A stretch of 64,000 nucleotides of DNA from Eledone cirrhosa (lineage: Eukaryota). Below are positions 51,001 to 64,000 of this stretch, piece after piece. Both the position numbers and the translations under genes were made by a program. The stretch lies in assembly GCA_964016885.1 (NCBI GenBank), contig OZ024740.1, positions 230,578,001-230,642,000 of the forward strand, in the 5' to 3' direction. The notes below the pieces were generated by a model. It worked only from the letters and a program-made list of their open reading frames with translations, made no database searches and had not been told where the DNA came from. The stretch's first letter is position 1; every line of letters starts with the position of its first letter.

Positions 51001-52929
51001 CAAAATGGAAATGGCATAACCGGAGAAAATGACCAGAAATACCCGCTGCAACAACCACACCACCTCCCAGAGCTCCCTTCTCAAGCAGGCTGCTGTCTTT
51101 CCGATTTTAAGGAGATTGTTATTGTTATTGTTTTAAAAAATCGATCGAATTTATATCAACATATTCGTAATACGTATGGTATTGAGTCTCGCAGATAGAA
51201 AAACTAAGTCGATTTTAGTGGGGAAATGAAGTTAAATACGGTTTAACATTGATTTACAATATTTATTTTTCAATGTTGACTATTCCCAGTTGTTTATGCA
51301 CCTAGGCAGACACAAACGACCATTTGCACCACTACTACTGTCCTATCATAAACAAATTGCTTTTTGTGATATATATATAACAAAATCGAATCGAACCTAC
51401 AACATTATAATCATAAGACCAACACCCTTACACACATATATATATAAATGTGTGCGTGGCTTAGTGGTAAGGGTGTTCCACTTATGATTATAATGTAGGT
51501 TCGATTCCTATGTATTGTACTCTCAGTTGTTTAACGCCAGGATAGACTGTGTATGTATATATATATATATATATATATATAAGTTGACGGAGACTAGCAT
51601 GGGTTTCACTGCTGGTACCAGTTGCATTTCAGCGTACTCAATAGGTAATGTTATGCAAAATCCCAGAGTAGGCAGTTATTCGCTTCAATACAACACACGT
51701 AAATAGGTACCTTCAATGAGTGCCCGTATTCGAGTGATTCGGCCACACTTAATGCAGCAATATATGTATATATGTCTGTGTGTGTACATATTACATATAG
51801 GAAAAAGCACGTGGTTTCAGGTACAGTTCCACTACGCACCTGCTGAGTAGGTATATATATGTGTGTGTGTGTGTGTGCGGGTACATGTGTGTTCGTGTCT
51901 GTTACTGTTTATGTCCCGTAACTTAGCGGTTCGACAAAATAAACACAGGGATTGATGTTAATCAACTAAATCCCTTCAAGGTGGTGTCCCAAGTCCTGAA
52001 GGTAAACAAATGTTATATTAACCACAAATTTACTATGATTTGAACTATAAAATAAGAGGTTAACAATAAAATGAAAATATCTATAATTTTCTCAATGGAT
52101 AAACGATAAATGTGAAAGAATTTGGATTACAGTCGACATTTATAGGTAAATCTGAGGACCCAACATTGGATGGCATTCATCCCCCTAGTTTCAATGACCC
52201 TCAGATTTAGAAAACATTACGGTGATACGTTTATTCCGAAAGTCCACCTTATGATTATTGTATATTTGAGTGTTCTGGACACCAAAGCCTAACTTAGCTG
52301 TTTAACCCAAGGTAAGTCCTAATCGAGAAGATCTATGATTAAAGGCACTCCAGTCGTGACCATCTTGTATATTTTCAGACGTACGTTATTTAAATGTATC
52401 GTTCAATTTTTAATAACGATACGATGAGATTTGACGGTAGTAATAGCAACTTGTCCTTATTAAAGTTTTCCTAAAAGTCTTTATCAACAACGTGACTACA
52501 AGAGATGACGAAAGTTAAAACTATCAGGGATTTCCTACCTGAAATAATATTACTGGTATTTTGTTCCGTTTAGCTAATGCCCCTGATAAATTGATAAATA
52601 AAGAATCGAAAGTAAGTGACAGATCCTGTTTATCTGGAGTTTTCCTCTACTCTCGAAAGAATCTATTCCGATATCACCATTTCAAACTTTTCCTTGTGAA
52701 ACACGTGTTAAATGAAGTAGTATACAATTCTCGTTTTGTCTTAATATAAAGGCATTCACATCTTGGATGGATTAAAAGAATATATATATGGACTGTTATT
52801 TTATTTTATCGGAGAAATGCAAAATCGATCTCGGCAGGAATCGAACTCAAAACATAGAATCAAAACAAAATACTGGAAGAATTCTAATTGAGTGATCTGA
52901 TGGAAAGTAGTATAAGTAGTATATTTTAC

Positions 52930-53172
52930 CGGTCGGTTGCCTAAATGATATGTGTTTCCAAGCATGATATTACATCCTAGACATTCAAGTTGTTCGGGGA
53001 GCAATCCTTTTAAGGTCCCTTGGGTACCGACAGGCATGAAGACGGGTGTCAGGACAGAAGCATGTGGAAGGGTTAATTCGCAGGCTCTGGCTTTGGTCGT
53101 GGAACACACTGCTAGAATTTTCAGTGCGAGAGCACCGCATTTCGAAGAAGTTTCTTTAGTAAAAGATGTCAT
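52930..53172 (-). CDS. QTRT1: QTRT1 coding exon 1 (MTSF...[15 protein letters not shown]...[11 protein letters not shown])
   Basis: TGT signatures TPVFMPVGT and NTYHL, 243 bp, CCG|gtaaaa donor. Confidence 0.96.
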
Positions 53173-53354
53173 TGAGTATCCCTAAAGAACGAGAAAGAAA
53201 GGGAAGGGGTGGGGGAATGAATGAATTATATGAGATGCTGTAGAAGAAAAAAGGGGGAGAGAGGGGAAAATAAGAAATTGTTAAGTTAATTGCGATATCA
53301 ACAACATTGAAATTTAACAGAAACATTAATGAGATATGATCGATATTGATACAC

Positions 53355-53450
53355 AACTGACCAATCAAATGTCATCTTATGACGTCGGTTCGGTTGATTC
53401 CGCATGCGCAGGGCATTCTGTGCACTTGTGTGGGTCGGAGGCGGAGAAGC
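53355..53450. promoter_or_regulatory. CpG-enriched promoter-like region upstream of QTRT1
   Basis: CCAAT 53361-53365, CRE-like TGACGTC 53380-53386, NRF1-like CGCATGCGCA 53401-53410, about 200 bp upstream of the ATG. Confidence 0.55.
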
Positions 53451-54207
53451 TACACCATATAGAGCTACATAGACATATATATACACATGGAACCTAATGA
53501 CTACTGGATACCTTTGTCTCTCCTTTTTGTCGAATTTCCCGCAGGTAGAATATATTTTCACTTCAGCTTACCCTAAATTCGATTTCAAATGAAAATATCT
53601 GTATAAATTCATCATTTTCTTTTATCTTTTACCATATTACATTCATCTTTTTCTCTCTGTCTATCTTTCATTCTGTCGGAATTAACACACTTCTCGATAA
53701 TGCTTACGGCGTTTTATAATACTATAGAACTTAAGGGGGCTTGACTGAAAAATCTTTCCTTATTCATTTGTTTTGCGTCTCCCACCTAATTTCTATGCAG
53801 TTTTAAAGCAATATTTAACTGTATCCCTAAACCCAAACAAGCTCTACATTCTCATTCAGATTCTCTGATGCTTGCTGGTTATTCTTTTTCTTCAAAATAG
53901 CTTTGCATCGAAATTATATTTCGATCCTGAGAATTTGATCTGGTGGGATTAAATTATCATTAAATCGGAATGGCGGAGAATTTTAATATTTTGCAGGTTG
54001 GGCTTGAATATGGTCTCTTTTTAAATATGTTTGAAAAAAAAACTTACAGGGATTTCCTATGTTTACACTTATCTGGTTCGCCAACTTAAAAATACAAGCA
54101 AGCTGTATAAAGATCTTTCTCCCCCGCCAACCGCCCTCGATTTATAACTCCAGATTCCTCTAGTTAGCAGTGCGATTGTTTGTGTAGTATATATATGTAT
54201 GTGTGTG

Positions 54208-54241
<34 letters not shown>

Positions 54242-54256
54242 TCCGTATGTGGTTCA

Positions 54257-54437
54257 GGGCTGAGAGAAATGAGTACTCAATACTGAAGTAGAGTTTTAAT
54301 ATTAATTTTATTAAGCCTAAATAGTGAGTCTTGTTACTCTGGAGTTTCGCCTGTTTATCACAGGGTCATCAGATGACCCTGTGATAAACAGGCGAAACTC
54401 CAGAGTAACAAGACTTCACTATTTAGCCTTAATAAAA

Positions 54438-54444
<7 letters not shown>
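54257..54444 (-). mobile_element. Fold-back pLTR-like element with its axis in the CUGAUGA box
   Basis: Palindrome 54299-54444 centred at about 54371, followed by (TA)n. A decayed non-folded relative lies at 56225-56330. Confidence 0.75.
54327..54372 (-). ncRNA. Hammerhead core lacking the 5' strand of stem I (fold-back junction)
   Basis: CTGATGA-CCCTGT-GATAA-ACAGGC-GAAAC-TCCAGA-GTA-ACAAGAC on -. Confidence 0.65.
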
Positions 54445-54477
<33 letters not shown>

Positions 54478-54909
54478 GAATGTGTGCGATAGGTGGGTGG
54501 ATTTCAAAGCTTCGTTAAGCTGTAAGTATCTACACGTGGCTTGAATGTTCTCCAGGAGTTACATACATACAACTGTTGTCCGTCTGCTCCGAGATGACGT
54601 GTAGCATAATAGCAAAAGCTTTGCGTTCCATGCTTACTGTAACTTTTTTTTTTATTCTTCTCCTTCCCTCCTCGCCTGATATCATGACAGATACTACTGC
54701 CAGTGGTCTTTCCCTCCTCTCTCACGTGTGTGTATGGGATTGACACATACATACGCTGATGTATGCCTCTACACATATTTATCATATACATTCGCCACTT
54801 CTTTTTACCCTCTATAGACGATATGTTTTATTACTTTAAATCCAGTGTGTATGTATATATGAATAGCGAAATCATTCTATGATCATACGAAAGCGCATTC
54901 TGAATTGCA

Positions 54910-54949
54910 TATCACACACATATATGTGCGTGTATACATATGTATGTAT

Positions 54950-54980
<31 letters not shown>

Positions 54981-55500
54981 AGATTATATATTTGTATTGT
55001 GTGTGTATATTATATATGTATGTATTATGTGTGTAGATTATATATTGTGTATATTATATATATGTATTATATGTGTGTGTATATATATTATATAATGTGT
55101 ACGTGTATATATATATTATTTGTGTTTATAATATATATTATATATATATATTATGTGTGTTTATATATATTATGTGTGTTTATATATATTATATATATAT
55201 ATTATGTGTGTGTATATATATTATATATATATATATATTGTGTGTGTGTGTGTGTATATATTATATATATATATTATGTGTGTGTATATATATTATATAT
55301 ATATTGTGTGTGTGTGTGTGTATATATATTATATATATTATGTGTGTGTGTATATATTATATATATATATATATTGTGTGTGTATATGTGTGTGTGTGTG
55401 CATTCGTGTATGTATTGTATATGTATATATGTGAGTGTGTATTATATATGGATATTTGTGGTGTATATGTATATAATTTGTGTGCATATATGTGTATGGC
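54910..55500. repeat. Degenerate TA/TG microsatellite tract
   Basis: Read directly from the sequence. Confidence 0.93.
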
Positions 55501-55754
55501 CAGGTGGTGGACACAATCATATGGTCGTGGGATCAATTCCTGGACCGAGCACCATGTTGTGTTCTTAAGCAAAGTGCTTCATTTCACGATAGGACTGGGA
55601 ACCCTAAATAAAACATCCGTGAACCCTCCTACCAGATGTATCCTCATAGGAGACCAGCTAAACCTACATTGGTATGAGCTATTTCACACACACACACACA
55701 CACACACACATATTTTCTGTATCTATCCTTTGTGATCCTGTCCCTATTTTTATA

Positions 55755-55789
55755 CTCCTGAAGAAGGGCTAAAGCCCGACACGTCAGGA
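55755..55789 (+). ncRNA. Degenerate minimal hammerhead
   Basis: CTGAAGA-AGGGCT-AA-AGCCC-GACAC-GTC-AGGA. The GAAA core is mutated to GACA. Confidence 0.4.
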
Positions 55790-55969
55790 AACTAATAGGA
55801 CTTTTTGTACCTGTATGTCGTTTCCTTGAACTATATGTGTGTGTGTGCGCGTGTAGATCCCGAGTTAAATCATACGAACGAAACAGTTCTAGTCCTGTAG
55901 AAGCCATTTCTATATTAAATATTATATATATGTGTGGAGGATTGTGTGTTTATATGTGTGTGCATCTCT

Positions 55970-56005
<36 letters not shown>

Positions 56006-56339
56006 AATGAAATATATTTGTGTGTACGTGTCTGTTTACATTTGTGTCAGTTTTTATGTCTCTTAACATAGGTTCGATGACAAGAGATCGATAGAATAAG
56101 TACAAGACTCGAAAAAAATAAGTACTTCGATCAATATGATCGATTAAATCAATAGTGCCCCGGCATGGCCACAGTGTAATAACTGAAATAACCAGTAAAG
56201 AATGTGTGTGTGTGTATTATTGACGGACTTGAGAATAAGTACTCAATACCGTTGTAGAGTTTAAATATTCATTTATGATGAACCTTGTTACACTGGAATG
56301 TCATCTACGTACTCACTGGATCATCAGATACACATATAC

Positions 56340-56406
<67 letters not shown>

Positions 56407-56996
56407 AATCAGAATGGATGCAGTAAAAACCTGTTAGACTATTACTCACCAGAATACTCGATACCTAGGGTAGTAAATTGGCAGTCGTTTTTCAGATTGA
56501 ATAAATCCATATTATTTATTTCACTTTTGAAATAAATAATATGGTCTGAGTTCAAATCCCACCGCGATTAACTTTGCCTTTCATCCTTACAGGGTCGATA
56601 AAATAAAATACCAGTAATGTACTGCGTAATTGCTGGCCTTGTGCCAAAAAGTAGAAAATTATTTATTTCACTTTTTTTGTGCTCTCAGTTCCAATCCTAC
56701 GGTGGTCAACTACTTTGTTGCTCATCCCTTCAGGGTCGACTATTGTCAGTAATTGCTTGGGTAATGTGGCAAAATGAATAAAACGTCGAATGGGACATTT
56801 TGCATTATTTATTCCGCCTCTGTACGTTCTGAGTTCAAATTCTATCTCCTAGTTACAATCAACATGTAGCTTGAGCAATGGAATGACCGAGGGAAACATA
56901 GTTTCCTTTGTCCAATCTGATGTTCACCTTCTTTACTTATATGTAATATATTATTGCCACTGGAGTTATAATCACTTTCGATTCCCAATTCTTTAG

Positions 56997-59419
<2,423 letters not shown>

Positions 59420-59431
59420 CATCATCATATA

Positions 59432-59921
59432 CAGGGTGATTGAAAAGTAACTCCCTATTGAATGCCGAAAGGTACCTCACCATGCTGCAAGATGAAGTCT
59501 GGCCAGTTATCAGTACTTGAGAGAATATTGAAGATTTGATTTTTTTTTTGTTATTGTTGTTCGTGAATGGCTGAATGCCCACTTCCGTGGGAGATGGATG
59601 GGTCATCGTGGTCCGCATGAGTGGCCAGCCAGAAACCCTGACTTAACACCTTGCAACTTTTTTCTTTGGGGTTGGTTAAAGGAGCAAGTCTACTCTACCA
59701 AACCAACGACTTTAGAAGAACTTGAAGGGCGAGTATGAGAAGTTATGTCTTCCATCCCACAAGAGTTCCTGATGAAATCAGTTGATGCGGTTCCCGGGCG
59801 GCTTGAGAAGCTGGTGGCAAATGTTATACACTTTCTTCTCATGTTCATTTCTTGTAAAAATTATAGTTAAGAAATAAATTATAAGAATTTTAGAATAGAT
59901 AGTTACTTTTCAATCACCCTG
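59432..59921 (+). mobile_element. Internally deleted Tc1/mariner element
   Basis: TIR CAGGGTGATTGAAAAGTAACT at both ends, TA TSD, remnant [24 protein letters not shown]. Confidence 0.92.
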
Positions 59922-60265
59922 TATGTGCATGTGCATGGGTTAGATAGGTTGTCAGGTTATGAGATAAGTCAGGTCAGATGACCATGTCTGGCTGATATGG
60001 ATCTGTATTTTGGCTTGGTTTCCACAGCTAAATGCCCTCCCTAATGCCAGCCACGTTACAGTGTGGACTTGGTGCTTTTTATTGTGACACCAAAACAACC
60101 ACCTAACTGGGTGGACTGGCCACACTCCTTTTCTTGTGTCACCAGCATGACCATCTTACAGAGTTGACTGGGTGCTTTTGCTGATGTGGCACCAGCCCTA
60201 TCACAATACAGGCAGCAGCACTGTGTTGCTGCCCTACATGCCAGTGGGCATAATAGGTAGTAATA

Positions 60266-60422
<157 letters not shown>

Positions 60423-61677
60423 TATATCGATGCAAGTGTGGAAAAAAATAGAGGTTAAATAATTATGATGGTCAATAAAAAATGGTGATGGTTTTCTATC
60501 TAGGATAAGATATATGAGTTGGACAAAAACAAAAATAGGTTTAAGTCGGAAATAAAGTTTATTAGAAATAATTGTTTGAAATTTGAATTGAAGGCCAGCA
60601 GTTTGGGGAGAAGGGTAAGTCAATTATACTGAGCTCAGTATATGACTGCTACTTTATCAACACTGGCAGAATGAAAAGCTAAGTTTATTTTGGCAGAATT
60701 TGAATTTAGAATCTAGAGAACAAGAATAAATACCTGAAAGCATTTTGTCCAAAGGTCTACTGATTCTTCAGCCACTACCTCTGTTATTAATAATTGTTTC
60801 TACTTTTGGCACAACTGGTGCTTTATTTTATCGACCCCATAAAGATGAAAGGCAAAGTTAACCTCGGCAAGATTTGAACTTAGATCATAAAGAGCCATAA
60901 CTCTATGTTGCAAAGCATGGTGTCCGACCCTCTACCGATACTGTCTTGCTTTGCAGACAAGTTGGAGCAACTGTATTCCTTTACTGTCTGACATATAATT
61001 ATCTTCTTGTGGGTTTAGTTTTCTTAGCAGTTTATGTAAACAAAAAAGATGAGTTTTATCAAACAGCTGAGTGGATGTTGTGGATATCTTGATGATATAT
61101 TTGTTTCTATTTGCATTTATTATTGAATATAAGCTGAGGAATATGTGACCAAAAAAGTAATGGTAAAATGGGGAGGGAGGGTTGGCTTATATGGTCATTT
61201 TGGTGACATGACAAAATGCACCCAATCCAACTTGTCAGTTGGTCGATTTGGTGCCACAATAAAAAGCACCCAATCCACGTTGGCATTAAGGAAGGCACCC
61301 AACCATATAAAACCAAGCCCAAAACAGTTCTATATGAGCAACACATGGTCAACTGATCTGACTTGTTTCAGAATGGGATAACTCATCTAATCCATGCTAG
61401 AGTTTAAAAAAATGGACATTAAATGGTGATGACAATGATGATGATGATACAATATTGTTTTAAGCACTTTAAGAATTCGTAGGAATATTTGGCAGAGAAA
61501 TTTGGTGTTATTTGAAGCTTGCCATTGAGTTGTAAATGTAGCAGCAAGGTGTTAAATGGAGTTGGTGTTGTGAAATAGGGTGTTGCTGGGAGTTGCAACA
61601 AAAACTAGGTGATGGTGACAGCTGCTGTCTGAAGTAATCAGTTGATTCTGTAACAGAATGTTAGTAGTTATTTTAAT

Positions 61678-61893
61678 TTAACCCTTTAGCATTTGCATTA
61701 CTCTACATATACTATTGTATTTTTGTGGTAAAGGCTTTATCTCGCATAATATTGAATCTATGAGATTTTGATATTATTTATTTTGAGAACAATACCTTAA
61801 CGTCAGTATGAGCAACCTGTTATGGCCAATTTGAACAGAAAGAGGTGAGAGAATTCTGGCCGAATATGGCCGGTTTAACTGCTAAAAGGTTAA
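61678..61893. mobile_element. TTAA MITE, inverted copy of 12930-13144
   Basis: Same TIRs and internal sequence in the opposite orientation. Confidence 0.8.
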
Positions 61894-63289
61894 TATACAG
61901 GGTTTTTTCTTCAGTTTCATCAACATCAGTTTTATCATCAAATTCAACTTTTGTCAATTTAAATTTCGTCATCATCAATTTTAAACCTTTAGTTACCAAC
62001 CCAACCAAAACCGGTTCTGGGTCAATGAAATAAAACTACCCATTTTCAAGGTTTCCAGTTTAAATTAAAATCTTCCAACATAATTTTATATAAAAACTTA
62101 ACATTTTAATCATGAAAAAATTAATTTTAATAAATCCCTCAAAGTGTTTAATTAATTAATTAATATAGAGTGTATTTAATTAAAAATGCAATCATGAAAG
62201 GGTTAATTCCATCATCATCAATTTCAATTTCGTTGTTACTGTAGGTTAGTGATTTTATTTTATTTTTGTTATTGTGAATAGTAACATTGACATGTGTGAT
62301 ACTTGTTTCAGAATTATAAAAGAATATAAAGTTTTACAAAGGATTACAAATTTTGTATAAAAACAATTGTGGCACCTTACTTTACTGTAAATATACATGT
62401 GTGAGTGATTTATGTCATGTAAGAATCTCATGGTCAGGGGAGGGGATGTAATGGTTAGCAGTAGTTAGTGATGGTATTGCATTTGGATGTGATGGTAAAT
62501 GGTGGTGGTTGGGGCAATGTTAACAAAGAGCCACATGAGGAGTGGGGGTGAAAGAGAGGGAATGATGTGAATATAATCAGATCTGATGTCAAGGTAAAGG
62601 CAGATGGTGAAAGAGTGATAGTGTTAATGGGATAGTGGGGTTAGAAGGACTGGACACCAGCTGATGAGATGCCCTCCCTCTCTCCTGTTATTCAGCATGG
62701 TGTAGTATTATCTTAGTCCTTACCTTCACCACAACTACTTTAACATAGTGGCTATAATGTAGGGAATTTCTACTTACTACTTGCCTGCACATTAATCATG
62801 GCAATTTCCATGACAGTATCAGAATCTTGTAAGAATTTAGTCTTTGTTAAATTTACTTCTCTAATTCTTCTACAGATTCTGCTATAAAAGCTAAGACATT
62901 AGCATACAAGAGTTTCTACAGATTGTTGGTCTTAAATCCTCAGAAATGGCCTGGAGGTCTATAATAGTATGGTATGGTCTTGTAACTCCTGGGGGAGTTG
63001 TAGAAATGCCATATTTGACATACAGCGTTTCTAGGGCATTTTTAAACCTGGCTGCACCCATATCCTCTCCATGTCTGAATACAATAGATTTCTCCCTGAG
63101 GATAGAGGGAAGAATGGAAATGAGAGAGAGAGATATAGAGGAAGAATCGACCCCAGTACTAGACTGGTACTTTTTTTTATCAACCTCGAAAGGATGAAAA
63201 GCAAAGTTGACCTCAGTGAGGTTTGAATTGAGAGAGCAAAGAGCCAAAACAATGACTCTACCAATCTTACAAGTCATTCATCTACACCT

Positions 63290-63670
63290 ACCTTCCTTAG
63301 TGCCCACCATATTACACAGCAGGAAATCTGTCAAAAGCTTTTTCCAGGTTAATGAAAGCTAGGGATAGGGGCTCGCACCTAGCTAAGTACTCTTGCGGTT
63401 GTCTCGATAAGATGACATCAGTAGTACTTCTCTTAGCCAGAAAGCTGAACTCTGTATCAATTTTATTATAACTCTTTCTGTGAATTTCATAACTGGGTCC
63501 AAAAAGTTGATATCTCTTTCTAGTGCACTACATTTGCTCCTAACAATTGATGCTGCGATGCATCATTGGGTGCGGCACCTTCCTCTACTATTTGACTGAC
63601 TATGCATGTGATTAACCTGTGCTCTACCTTGATGGTAAATCTAATCATCTCAGCGACTATCTCTGATGAA
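63290..63670 (-). mobile_element. Highly decayed RTE RT fragment
   Basis: Remnant KYLA..PLSLAFINLEKAFD on -. Confidence 0.6.
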
Positions 63671-63675
63671 CGAAG

Positions 63676-64000
63676 GCATGTGTCCTAGTGATTAGGGTGT
63701 TGGACTGAAGATGTGTGTCCTAGTGATTAGGGTGTTGGACTGAAGATGTGTGTCCTAGTGATTAGGGTGTTGGACTGAAGATGTGTGTCCTAGTGATTAG
63801 GGTTTTGGACTGAAGATGTGTGTCCTAGTGATTAGGGTGTTGGACTGAAGATGTGTGTCCTAGTGATTAGGGTGTTGGACTGAAGATGTGTGTCCTAGTG
63901 ATTAGGGTGTTGGACTGAAGATGTGTGTCCTAGTGATTAGGGTGTTGGACTGAAGATGTGTGTCCTAGTGATTAGGGTGTTGGACTGAAGATGTGTGTCC
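63676..64000 (+). repeat. 35-bp tandem repeat (at least 9 copies, runs off the window)
   Basis: Unit GATGTGTGTCCTAGTGATTAGGGTGTTGGACTGAA, copies almost identical. Confidence 0.95.

Noticed and set aside
52801-53172. Bacterial tgt gene or contamination
   Set aside because: Homology ends at a GT donor and continues in eight spliceosomal exons, so this is eukaryotic QTRT1.
63676-64000. CRISPR-like 35-bp repeat
   Set aside because: Units are contiguous with no unique spacers, the context is eukaryotic, and no cas genes are present.

Overview
AT-rich, microsatellite- and TE-dense animal DNA. The SINE/RTE/Penelope content suggests a coleoid cephalopod such as Octopus; this is inferred, not shown. 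Two convergent housekeeping genes are present. On +, the last three coding exons of WDR46/UTP7 lie at 1649-9105. On -, there is a complete 9-exon QTRT1 (queuine tRNA-ribosyltransferase catalytic subunit, 406 aa, 53172->12579, all GT-AG introns, consistent phases). Introns hold RTE LINEs whose RT carries an inserted PHD-like finger, a GIY-YIG Penelope-like element with inverted pLTRs, RLE-LINE remnants, at least three tRNA-derived SINE families, and mariner and TTAA MITEs. The main unannotated signal is a set of minimal type-I hammerhead ribozymes from several unrelated families, mostly next to (TA)n tracts. Several occur as fold-back palindromes whose symmetry axis lies inside the ribozyme core. 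A decayed inverted copy of QTRT1 exon 5 sits just after the WDR46 stop codon.
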